A DNA stretch of 48,780 nucleotides from an uncultured Christensenella sp. (lineage in GTDB: Bacteria; Bacillota; Clostridia; Christensenellales; Borkfalkiaceae): the NCBI GenBank assembly GCA_964642415.1, contig CAZXOQ010000001.1, forward strand, positions 1 to 48,780. Direction: 5' to 3'. How positions within the stretch are numbered: position 1 is the first letter of the stretch; every line of letters begins with the position of its first letter. Positions 8,815-17,651 of the stretch are shown here, in pieces. The notes below the pieces were generated by a model. The model saw only the letters and a list, made by a program, of their open reading frames with translations, searched no databases and was not told the DNA's origin. Made by a program: the position numbers and the translations under genes.

Positions 8815-9064
8815 TCTTGCCACGTAACAACGGTTTTTGTTACCGTTATCACTCGCGTTACGTTATTGCCGCATAGCGCGGTTTTTATCCGCCCCATTGG
8901 TCATTACGAGGAGCGTTGTCAAACGCGACGCGGTAATCTCTTTTACTCTGTTACGCGCTATCGCGCGAGATTGCCACGGCTTTTTCAAAAAGGAGCATCT
9001 CCGCTTTCGCTACGATGGACTAGCCTCGTCAGGGTTGCCCGTCAAAACCGTCCGCAATAACGAG
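8815..9064. repeat. GC-rich mosaic intergenic repeat, copy C (longest)
   Basis: S4 is at 8900..8940 and differs from copy A at 1 position. S1 is at 8951..8980. S2 is at 8995..9023 and matches copy B at 29 of 29 positions. The S3-like segment ggttgcccgtcaaaaccgtccgcaataacgag is at 9033..9064. Related GC-rich sequence containing ttgccacg and attgccgcatagcgcgg lies at 8815..8898. Confidence 0.85.
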
Positions 9065-9155
9065 CCTTTTGCAATGGCAAAAGTAGTTTTTTAGACAACT
9101 CTATTGTATACAATTGGAAAATTTCTCAAGCTTATTTCAATAATGCTTTAAGAAT

Positions 9156-9183
9156 ATTATACTCATTATACGGCATTTGTCAA
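9156..9183 (-). promoter_or_regulatory. Near-consensus sigma-70/SigA promoter, about 450 nt upstream of the 954-aa lipoprotein gene
   Basis: The minus strand reads TTGACA (9183..9178), a 16-nt spacer, then TATAAT (9161..9156). I found no equally good promoter closer to the start codon at 8708. Confidence 0.55.
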
Positions 9184-9235
9184 TTATTTTTTAGCATATA
9201 TACGAATTTTTTTTGATTTTTTATTGATAATTTTC

Positions 9236-9294
9236 ATAATAAAACCTAATAAAACCGCATAATATGCATATATTGTTGCATATTATGCGGTTTT
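9236..9294 (-). terminator. Strong terminator closing the 16-gene train
   Basis: An 18-bp perfect stem pairs aaaaccgcataatatgca (9251..9268) with tgcatattatgcggtttt (9277..9294) around an 8-nt loop. The stem ends in a U-run, and ATTAGGTTTTATTAT follows on the minus strand. Confidence 0.8.
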
Positions 9295-9332
9295 ATTCAT
9301 AAATGTTAAAATGTCAAAAATTATTTTGATTT

Positions 9333-11561
9333 TTACGCTACAGGTAGTTCTTCTAAAGGAGGCTCTACTGCATAAATTACCACCCTTTCTTTTCCGCTAC
9401 CAAAGCCCGTGGGATTGGCAAGAACTATCTTATAAGCTTCGTTTAATTCTAACGTTACGCCAAGCTCTGCGCCCGATTTATGCTCGGTTATCAGTTCTTT
9501 ATTTACGGCGTCATAAGAAACGGTTAGAACTTCTTCACCCTTGTTTGTGGTGACGGTTGCAATAATAGCGCCGTCTTCTTCACCGAAAACTATAGTGGCG
9601 TTACCCTTTTTAAGTTTTGCCGTATAACTGCCGACAAGCATTTCCGTTACGTTCGGCGGATCGATTACGGTAATAGTTACGGTACATTCCGCTTTGCCTT
9701 TTATCGATCTTAACCTTACGGTATAAGTTCCCGCTTTTGTTGCGACAAATTCCGCTGCGGCTGCGCCTTCCGCATACGATACACTTGCATAATCGCTTGC
9801 TATACCAAGCGAAGGTGTAAATCCGCTTTCAGCATAAGGCTGCTCGTCTATCGAAAGTTTTGTCTTTACCGAAAGGCTTTGCCCAACGTATACTTGCGCG
9901 GCTATATTTTTTGTGACCGACTCTTTCCAACTGTAGCCGTTATCGCCGTATTCGTAATAACACGGATACAATGCGCTTGGCGCGCATGGCAATACGTTTA
10001 TTACAAAGCGTTTTTCCGCTCCGCTTGTAGTGCGCGCGGCAAGCGTAACATAACCTTTGGTTTTAGCTCTTAAGTCTATTGTACAAGAGGTTTCGTTAAA
10101 AGAACCTGCCCATACGGGGTTACTTGTAGAATACGCAAAATCCACAGGAACGTAACGCCCCGTCGATAACACGCGATAAAACACTACGCCATCTAAAGAA
10201 AAGTTTGCAGTTGACGGCTGAACGTTGTTCAAATACAGCTTAAGAATGCTGTCACCACCGCCGGCAACAAGTTGCGGAGCGGTTTCTTTATCTTCGGTTA
10301 TGGCGATATAATCGCCGTCGCTTCTATAACACACGTCAAAATCGGATATTTTAAGCGAATTTTCGTTATACTCGTGAACGGGTTCTTCAGGAGCGTCTTT
10401 TTTGAGTATCTGATTATATATAATATACTCGGCGGCTCTCGGCTCGCCGCAACCCGTTTTTAACTTACAAACAGTTTTGTTTTCTACCTCGCTTATTTCA
10501 AACTGCGACTGTACGTACGTATCGCAACTGAGCTTGATATAATCTATAGCATACTCGTCTGTTAAAGTAAACTCCACCTCTACCTTATTAAGCGTTGACG
10601 GCACGTTGAAATAACAAAAACTGAATTTATACAATATACGCGTTATACCGTTATCTTCTTTTTCGGTGATTTGAACGGTAAAATCTTGGTTGGTATCTTT
10701 TGCGCCCCATTCGTAAGAATATTTTAGCAAGCCTTCCGCTCCGAAAAACGTTTTGCCGGCAAAGCTGATTTTATATTCGTAACCGTTTAAGTGGTCTTTA
10801 CGAATGTTAGCGTATTCTTCTACGTTTGTAGAACCGGAAGTACCGATTACGCCGAAAACTCCGCCGTTTTCTTTTTGAATCGCCCAAAGTTTAGTGCTGC
10901 CGTTATCCGTTTTGGTATACCCTTCACCGTATTCGTAACTTGCGCCATAAATAGATTCGTCACCGTTAAGGTCAAACTTAATGCTGGCAGTGCCGCGTCT
11001 TATCAAATCTTTATTGCTAGATCCGAGAAGAACCGCGTCATAAACGGTTTCCTTATTCGCTTTTAGCGGATCTATATCGGGGTTGCCCGTAGGGTAAAAC
11101 TCTTTTTTGCCGATTGTTATGGTAAAAATTATGTCACCGTATTCGCTTTCGTATATCAAGGCAAGCTTGCCATCGGATAATACGGTGGCTTCTTTTACAA
11201 TTTCGTGATACTTATAGCCGGAATAACTTTCGCTTAAACGCGGCAAGGTTACTTTTATATAGTGCGAAGAATCCTCTTTACATATCTTGGTTGCTTCACC
11301 TTTGCCGTCCCTTTCGTACGTGGGGGCTTTCGTTATCTCCCAATCGGTGTAAACGTGGTTTTCCGCAATAGGTTCGGTCGGTTCTTCTACCACCTCTCCG
11401 CATAAAGAACATATGCCGTATCTAACGCCGTTTGAGGTACAAGTGGCTTCGGTTTTTACCTTCCATCTGAATACTTCGTGTCGGCAACCGCATGCAAACA
11501 TACCGGATGCCGCCAAACAAAGCAGCAAAAGGGTTATAAGCATTGCAATCTTTTTTTTCAT
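9333..11561 (-). CDS. Surface lipoprotein (742 aa) with N-terminal Cys/His knuckle modules, function unknown
   Basis: ATG at 11561 has AAGGAGG upstream. The signal peptide and lipobox are ...ASGMFAC. The mature N-terminus is GCRHEVFRWKVKTEATCTSNGVRYGICSLCGE followed by a degenerate second unit (NHVYTDWEITKAP...KICKEDSSH). I recognise no family in the rest. Confidence 0.85.
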   Translation of the reverse strand: MKKKIAMLITLLLLCLAASGMFACGCRHEVFRWKVKTEATCTSNGVRYGICSLCGEVVEEPTEPIAENHVYTDWEITKAPTYERDGKGEATKICKEDSSHYIKVTLPRLSESYSGYKYHEIVKEATVLSDGKLALIYESEYGDIIFTITIGKKEFYPTGNPDIDPLKANKETVYDAVLLGSSNKDLIRRGTASIKFDLNGDESIYGASYEYGEGYTKTDNGSTKLWAIQKENGGVFGVIGTSGSTNVEEYANIRKDHLNGYEYKISFAGKTFFGAEGLLKYSYEWGAKDTNQDFTVQITEKEDNGITRILYKFSFCYFNVPSTLNKVEVEFTLTDEYAIDYIKLSCDTYVQSQFEISEVENKTVCKLKTGCGEPRAAEYIIYNQILKKDAPEEPVHEYNENSLKISDFDVCYRSDGDYIAITEDKETAPQLVAGGGDSILKLYLNNVQPSTANFSLDGVVFYRVLSTGRYVPVDFAYSTSNPVWAGSFNETSCTIDLRAKTKGYVTLAARTTSGAEKRFVINVLPCAPSALYPCYYEYGDNGYSWKESVTKNIAAQVYVGQSLSVKTKLSIDEQPYAESGFTPSLGIASDYASVSYAEGAAAAEFVATKAGTYTVRLRSIKGKAECTVTITVIDPPNVTEMLVGSYTAKLKKGNATIVFGEEDGAIIATVTTNKGEEVLTVSYDAVNKELITEHKSGAELGVTLELNEAYKIVLANPTGFGSGKERVVIYAVEPPLEELPVA

Positions 11562-11583
11562 ACTTTAATTACCTCCTTTTGCC

Positions 11584-13056
11584 TTATGCGTAATAGCCGC
11601 ATGCAAACAGCCATTGATTGCTGTCGCTAGAACTGTAAAACTGCTCGAAATTGCCGTTTATATCGTATACGCCTTCCGCACTGCCGGTGCCGTCGTTGAA
11701 TATGCGTTTGCTCTTTGAATAACGTTGCAAGAAGTCCTTTAATTCTTCCGTAACGGGGTAAACTCCGTCTTTATTGCAATAATCACCGTACGCTTTATCA
11801 AAGCTATAGCCCGCTAAGCCTATAAACGTACCGTAATTATAAAGGTTGGTTTGCTTAGTTTTTTCGTCATATTCGGTAAGGAATATATTATTCATCCCCT
11901 TAAAGCCCGAACCGATAGTTTCGCCGTCGGATGAAGACAAAACTTCGCAATCTTGAGTGATTTTTGCATACAAACGGGTTTTGAAGTTTCTTTCTTCGTC
12001 TACTATATAATAATAAGAAAATCCGTCTTCTTCTATCAACTGTATATAACTGCCGTCAAGCAAACCGTTATTATTGCCGTACCATGCGTAGTATTTGAAA
12101 CTGCCCGACGTATACTTTGAATCGAATGCCGTATCTTTTGCATTTTCAAAATCGTGGGTGGCGTACATCTTTAGCCAAGAATCCCTTTCCGTCCCCGTAA
12201 AGTCACCGTCACGATCAAGAATAAAATCTATATTTATCGGAAAAGCGCCTTTATCTAAGGTCGTTGCGTATATTCTAAAGTTAAATACGTTACCCGTATG
12301 CGAAGAGGATATATTAAATTCCCAACGGAAATTTTTAGTATAAGTATTTGAAGAACCGCCGTCGTCTAACGTTTCTTTTACAGACTCGTTTACATATTCC
12401 GAGCTACCGTTATGCATATCTAACAACGGATTTATCTTATTTTGCGTAATATCAACGTAAGACTCTATCGTATATTCGCCTTGTAGCGTCGGTCGGTAGG
12501 TAAAACGAACGCCGTCTTCAAAATTGTCTGCAGTAAGCATAACACGGTATGCCCCCAAAGATTCTATAGCGCATATATCGTCATACCAATTAGTTCCCGT
12601 TCTGCCGTTGGGTACGGTAGACAATTCATACAGTTTTATCACTGCGTTTGGCGAATCGTTTCCGACTATGTGCGCTTCGTCGTTCGGGTTATAGGTATAA
12701 CCTTCGGGTACGGAGCTTAACGTTACCATATAGTCGCCGTCTAATCCGCTGATTTCGGCTATGCCTTTAGAGTTGAACGCCGCCGTAAACGACGCGCCGT
12801 TATTGCTGTCTATATTTGTCCATATAGCTTTTATTTCAGCTAATTCTACGGATGTAAAGGTTTTTTCGCAATCGAAGGATACGGTAAAGACTTTTTCCGA
12901 CGTTTGCCCCGAACCGCCGCCGCTTCCACCGCTTGTGCCGCCGTTATTGGTGCTGCCGCCCGTTCCCGGAAGTAACGTTCCGCCGCAGGACGCCGCGGTA
13001 ATCATTATCGCAGCGCACAAAAAGAATGCAATTATGCTTTTAAATTTCTTTTTCAC
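11584..13056 (-). CDS. Surface lipoprotein (490 aa), condensed paralogue of the C-terminal half of the 1013-aa lipoprotein
   Basis: GTG start at 13056 has GGAGG upstream. The lipobox is ITAASC, followed by a Gly/Ser linker. One prealbumin-like module ends LSSVPEGYTY. A GAYRV... jelly-roll-like region follows. The C-terminal module is ...GVYPVTEELKDFLQRY...NQWLFACGYYA. Confidence 0.85.
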   Translation of the reverse strand: MKKKFKSIIAFFLCAAIMITAASCGGTLLPGTGGSTNNGGTSGGSGGGSGQTSEKVFTVSFDCEKTFTSVELAEIKAIWTNIDSNNGASFTAAFNSKGIAEISGLDGDYMVTLSSVPEGYTYNPNDEAHIVGNDSPNAVIKLYELSTVPNGRTGTNWYDDICAIESLGAYRVMLTADNFEDGVRFTYRPTLQGEYTIESYVDITQNKINPLLDMHNGSSEYVNESVKETLDDGGSSNTYTKNFRWEFNISSSHTGNVFNFRIYATTLDKGAFPINIDFILDRDGDFTGTERDSWLKMYATHDFENAKDTAFDSKYTSGSFKYYAWYGNNNGLLDGSYIQLIEEDGFSYYYIVDEERNFKTRLYAKITQDCEVLSSSDGETIGSGFKGMNNIFLTEYDEKTKQTNLYNYGTFIGLAGYSFDKAYGDYCNKDGVYPVTEELKDFLQRYSKSKRIFNDGTGSAEGVYDINGNFEQFYSSSDSNQWLFACGYYA

Positions 13057-13066
13057 GGGTTACCTC

Positions 13067-15751
13067 CTACATTTTGCCCTTGCCGAACAAACTGCGGATA
13101 TCTTCCCACCGTAGTTTGCGGATAGCAACGTCTGCAGCGAAAAGTATTACGCTTATCACCAATAACGTTACGGTTAAATCGTATATATACGTGCTAATTA
13201 AGCTTTCGTCGTTTTCTATAAACAGTCTATCGCCGTCTTTCATCACCTTGCCGTAAGAGCCCACCATCTTTTGCAACGAAGACTTATCGTAAGAAGCAAA
13301 CGCGTCGTATTCAGGCAAGTAAGACAAGTTATAAGTAAAGCTTGCCGTATAGTTTGCGTCACCGGGGTAAATATATTCTACGTTGATAGAATATTTGCCG
13401 ACGGCTGAAGGCTCGAACCGATAAGAGTATGATGAAGATGAAAAACTCATATCCTGAGATTCCGCAAGTTTATCGTTATCCGGTCCTGTCACGGTTATTT
13501 TAGCTTTAACGCGAGTATCAACGCGCGCAGGCGTAAGCGTCACGTTAACAAAACCGTTTTCTTCTATCATCGTTGCGACGAAAGGATAAGAAGCTTTTTC
13601 CGTAGGGGTGTTGGTATCGAACACGTTAGAAATAAACTTATCTCTTTGCGGCAACCCCTCGGTTGTTATTTTATCTAGGTTACACGCAAGCGTTGAAACT
13701 TTGCCGTTGCCGTAATTCCAATAAGAATATAGCGGAACTTTTTCAATCTTTCCGTTTTCTCGCTCGTACAAGCTTTCTAACACGGTAACGGCGCTCCATT
13801 TAGACCTGTTATATAAAAAGCCCGTTACGTAATCGCTTGGATTAATCTCGATATCTTTTAGCACGCTATCCGAACTTCTGACTACGTTTATGTGCGCGTT
13901 ATCGTCAATGACCGCGCTGCCGAAGTCGTCTAACAATCCTTTGCCGAATTCTACTTCTAATTCGTCTTTATTAGAAGCAAAGTAATATTCGCCACCCGTT
14001 TTTTGAGCAATGCTTTTAAGCAACGCTTCCGCAGAAGAAGACGCCGCACTGGTATCGTTGCCGCGACCGACGTCTATAACCGACGCGGAAATTCCGTATT
14101 GATTAAGTTTTGTAAGCTGCTCCGTAATCAACGCGGTTTCGTCAGCGTCGCCTACCGTCATACCGTCGCTTATAAGCATTATTTGCTTTTGACCGTAGCT
14201 TAGGTCTTTGATAAGCCTTACCGCTTCTTGTAATCCGTAACTGATAACAGTGCCGTGGTGCGTGTATAAGTCGTCTACCGCTTTGATAGCAAGTTCTCTC
14301 GTAGAATAAATCTCACCGCTTGCGGGGGTGTCGGATATTTCTTCCGGCATAAATACGGGATGATAATTACCGTCAAAAGACACTATGCATAAGTTATCTT
14401 TTTCGTTAAGCTTAGTTATAAGCTGTTTCGCGGCTGTTTTAGCTATGGTAAATCTTTGATTAAGATCCATACTGTAAGACGCGTCTATAACCAACGTATA
14501 AAGTTTAGAGTCCCTATCGGCGTTGCCGAATCTAACTGGTAACATACTGCCAAGCGAAGAAAGCTCTTCTTTTTCGTGCAAATAAACGTTGCCGTACGTT
14601 ATAAGGCTTTTGCCGAATAGCGACACAGCAGAATCAAGCCCTTCTATAAAAGCTTTATAATCGCGCGATTTAGTTAGATCTACGTTAGATAAAATAATTT
14701 CGTCATACAAGCAAAGCTGCTCTGAACTGCAAGGAATTTCGTCGTTAGTAGAAAAAGAATCAACCGTCGCTTTTATATCGTAAGCTCTTTCTATATCGAC
14801 GCGGTCGGAATCGTTATCCGTGATAAGCAACACGCGAGCCTTGCCCGAAACCTTTTGTGTAAATATAACGCTGTTGTTAAACTTATTTTCGTCGTCATCG
14901 GCGGTTACGGTTACGCGATAATCGAATACCCCCTCGGAATTAGTATCTAGGTTGAACCCGACAACGTTATATCCGTTGGTAAGATTTGCAATCCTGCTTT
15001 CAATTTCTATACTGCCCCTATAAAGCGAAAGTTTTGCTTGAGCGGAATAGGTGCTTTGTATAGTTATTTCAGCGCTTTCAGCCTTGCCGAGGTAGGTGTT
15101 TTGAGTAACTTCTGCTGAAATAATTTGAATTTCTTTCGCGCTAGACGAAATATTGTTGTCTAAATATACCGCGTCAACGTAAACGTTTTCCGCTCGCAAC
15201 GTATCGGCGGCGCGTTTTAGCGCGTTTGAATCGCTCAAATGCGTCTGTTTGCCGTCGGATATTACGACGATTCTTTTTATAACGTCGTTTCTGAACAAGG
15301 AATTTGCGTAATCTAAAGCCGACTCTATATCCGTTTCGCCATCGTTAAGCAATTCGGTATTAGCGCCTCTTACGCTTTTTAAGTTGCTACCGAGCCTTAC
15401 GTATAATTGTTGTTCTTTAGCAAAACACACAACACCCATCTCCGCTCCGCGCGGAAGATTTGCCTTAAGCTCTTTTATATATCCGTCCATCGTGTCGAGA
15501 TTTTTATTTGAAGAATAAGAAACGTCGGCTAAAACGTAAACTTCCGTTTTGGTTACGGTGGTTTCTATCGTTGTGCCTGCGGCGGTGAACGCTATTATCA
15601 CGGCAAGCAAAACGTGTATAACGCACGAAGCCACGCTATGCCAATTAGCATTTTCCTTACGAACGGCAATAATAAACGGAACGACAAGCAATATTGCAAG
15701 CGGTATTGCAAGCAATAACAAATAGGGATTATCGAAGCTGATACTGCTCAT
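13067..15751 (-). CDS. Membrane-anchored protein with two vWA (MIDAS) domains, BatB-like
   Basis: I prefer ATG at 15751 (MSSISFDNPYLLLLAIPLAILL...), which has GGGGGGTG upstream. The ORF-track start at 15790 is a TTG lying inside the upstream gene. The protein has two N-terminal TM helices and two DxSxS motifs (LADVSYSS, VIDASYSM). A C-terminal TM helix is followed by a basic tail. Confidence 0.85.
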   Translation of the reverse strand: MSSISFDNPYLLLLAIPLAILLVVPFIIAVRKENANWHSVASCVIHVLLAVIIAFTAAGTTIETTVTKTEVYVLADVSYSSNKNLDTMDGYIKELKANLPRGAEMGVVCFAKEQQLYVRLGSNLKSVRGANTELLNDGETDIESALDYANSLFRNDVIKRIVVISDGKQTHLSDSNALKRAADTLRAENVYVDAVYLDNNISSSAKEIQIISAEVTQNTYLGKAESAEITIQSTYSAQAKLSLYRGSIEIESRIANLTNGYNVVGFNLDTNSEGVFDYRVTVTADDDENKFNNSVIFTQKVSGKARVLLITDNDSDRVDIERAYDIKATVDSFSTNDEIPCSSEQLCLYDEIILSNVDLTKSRDYKAFIEGLDSAVSLFGKSLITYGNVYLHEKEELSSLGSMLPVRFGNADRDSKLYTLVIDASYSMDLNQRFTIAKTAAKQLITKLNEKDNLCIVSFDGNYHPVFMPEEISDTPASGEIYSTRELAIKAVDDLYTHHGTVISYGLQEAVRLIKDLSYGQKQIMLISDGMTVGDADETALITEQLTKLNQYGISASVIDVGRGNDTSAASSSAEALLKSIAQKTGGEYYFASNKDELEVEFGKGLLDDFGSAVIDDNAHINVVRSSDSVLKDIEINPSDYVTGFLYNRSKWSAVTVLESLYERENGKIEKVPLYSYWNYGNGKVSTLACNLDKITTEGLPQRDKFISNVFDTNTPTEKASYPFVATMIEENGFVNVTLTPARVDTRVKAKITVTGPDNDKLAESQDMSFSSSSYSYRFEPSAVGKYSINVEYIYPGDANYTASFTYNLSYLPEYDAFASYDKSSLQKMVGSYGKVMKDGDRLFIENDESLISTYIYDLTVTLLVISVILFAADVAIRKLRWEDIRSLFGKGKM

Positions 15752-17651
15752 AGCAATACACCCCCCAATCGGCGACGAACAACGCCGCAAGAATTATAAA
15801 CAATATGATAATATCGTCGTAAACACCGTCTTTAGTTAAAGCAACCGCTTCACCGGTTATTTCAAAACTAGAACATTCCGCAACGGGAACACCCTCTTCA
15901 TACGGGGTTTGCGCATACATATAAACCGTTCTTTCGGCGGCGTTTAAACCGCCCGTTTTTACCGTTACGGCATATAAGCCCGTTTCTTTTAATTTATATT
16001 GCGTTACGGCGGTTTCGGTATCGAGTTCTTCGTCTGCACCGCTCGGAGAAGTAACGCGGATACTTACGCAGTTGGCAACGACGTTTATATCGGCGGTGTC
16101 TCCGCAAAAATAGTCTGATTTATCTATGATAGACGGAAAAGTATACTCAAGTAAATTATTTGTAAGTTGCAGCCAATTGAAGCCCAACACAAAATCGGAA
16201 TCGTTAAGGCTGAACGCAAAAACAACTTCTCTGTTGCCGTAATCGTTAGAACCGGCAAATAAAACGGGATTCCCCTCGCAATACAAAAGAGAAACAAATT
16301 CACCGTTTATGCTGTATTTAGAATAATTTGACAATGCGATTTCTTCGTTTTTATCTACACCGGACAACAGCTTTCTCACGGTTGAAGCGGAAGATTCGCT
16401 ATACGTTAAAATTCTTTTTGCGTCTTCACCGGCGTTACTTTGATAACTGAAGCCCGATGAGTTTACGTTTGTGGGAGAAAAAAACCAAACCGCGCCCGAT
16501 TCCGGCATTCTTTCGGGCGTATAGCCGTTAAAAATATATAATCCGTAAGTAAGCGAATGGACGGAATTTTCATATTCTTTTGGCGTAATAACGTCTGCCT
16601 CGCCGTATCCCAACGCGCTGAGTGCGGACTTTATAAAGAACGGTCCTTCGCTTACGATAAGCGCGCTAAAAGAGGAATCGCGTTTTACGTTATACTTAAT
16701 AATAGCGTCGTCTGACGGAAAAGCGTCGTCTGAGTTTATCGCTATGCGTAACGAGCGGTATTCGGTGACCCCCTCGCATAAGATAGAAAAATCTGTCGCG
16801 AGAGAAAGCAACTCGTCGGAAAGTTCTTCTTTTTCGTCGGGAATCGCCACAGTATCGTTTATTCCTTCGATTTCGATATCAACGCTAGCCGTTGCAACGG
16901 AATTTTCGTCAATATATGCCGAAACGGTAAGATTTTTGTTATTCCCGTAAGAAATTGCCTTGCCGTAAATTTCTAAACCTTTTTCGGTAAAAACCGCATT
17001 TGCAGCCAATACGGCACAGTTTTCTTCGCTATAAGACAGATTGCACACATTCACGTTAGATACCGAACGGAAATTTTTATCCGTCATAAAATACACGGAA
17101 GGCGCGGTTGTTTTGTCAAATATCTTTTGAGCCTCGGAAAGAACGGACTCCGTATCCGCCGAAACGGAATCTGCAACCGTTTCTTTCAGCAATTCTACGG
17201 CGCGCTCTTTATCGGTAAGTTCTTTATACGCGACGACGGCTGTATCCCCCGCGCAAATAAGAGTATAACTGCTTCCGTTGCCCGATTGCAAAATAATTTC
17301 TTCTATTTTAGATTTTCCGCGTTCGAAACGGGTGCTTCCGTCTTGAACAAAATTCATACTAACGGAACAATCGAGAACAAAACAATAATCGTTAGCCTTA
17401 CCTTGCAACGCAAACACCGGATGCGCGGTTGAAACGGAAATACAAATAACGGCAAGAATTTGCAGTATTAAGCTTAAAATATTGTAAATACGCGTTATCG
17501 GGTTTTTGTTTTTCAAAAACCTTTCGCTTAGCGTCCAAATATAAGTTGACGCAACCGTTTGTTCGGTATATTTATTTTTTATAATGTAAATGATTATTAG
17601 GATAGGTACGGCTATCAACCCCAATAATCCTAAGGGATAAAGAAATGTCAC
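15729..17651 (-). CDS. BatA-type N-terminal double-TM protein with vWA-like domain
   Basis: GTG start at 17651 overlaps the DUF58 stop (GTGA). MTFLYPLGLLGLIAVPILIIIYIIK is the aerotolerance-regulator N-terminal (BatA_N) pattern. A second TM helix follows, then a MIDAS-like FVLDCSVSM motif and a C-terminal TM helix. Confidence 0.8.
   Translation of the reverse strand: MTFLYPLGLLGLIAVPILIIIYIIKNKYTEQTVASTYIWTLSERFLKNKNPITRIYNILSLILQILAVICISVSTAHPVFALQGKANDYCFVLDCSVSMNFVQDGSTRFERGKSKIEEIILQSGNGSSYTLICAGDTAVVAYKELTDKERAVELLKETVADSVSADTESVLSEAQKIFDKTTAPSVYFMTDKNFRSVSNVNVCNLSYSEENCAVLAANAVFTEKGLEIYGKAISYGNNKNLTVSAYIDENSVATASVDIEIEGINDTVAIPDEKEELSDELLSLATDFSILCEGVTEYRSLRIAINSDDAFPSDDAIIKYNVKRDSSFSALIVSEGPFFIKSALSALGYGEADVITPKEYENSVHSLTYGLYIFNGYTPERMPESGAVWFFSPTNVNSSGFSYQSNAGEDAKRILTYSESSASTVRKLLSGVDKNEEIALSNYSKYSINGEFVSLLYCEGNPVLFAGSNDYGNREVVFAFSLNDSDFVLGFNWLQLTNNLLEYTFPSIIDKSDYFCGDTADINVVANCVSIRVTSPSGADEELDTETAVTQYKLKETGLYAVTVKTGGLNAAERTVYMYAQTPYEEGVPVAECSSFEITGEAVALTKDGVYDDIIILFIILAALFVADWGVYCYEQYQLR

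Noticed and set aside
2189-9064. Possibility that the repeated GC-rich segments form a CRISPR array
   Set aside because: The copies are kilobases apart and separated by full-length genes. They are mosaics rather than a single direct repeat with regular ~30-nt spacers. No cas genes are present.
15752-15790. N-terminal extensions given in the ORF track: TTG at 15790, TTG at 26750 and GTG at 1571
   Set aside because: Each extension begins at a non-ATG codon inside the upstream gene. Downstream ATGs (15751, 26711, 1562) give canonical N-termini. Two of the three (15751 and 26711) have strong SD sequences.
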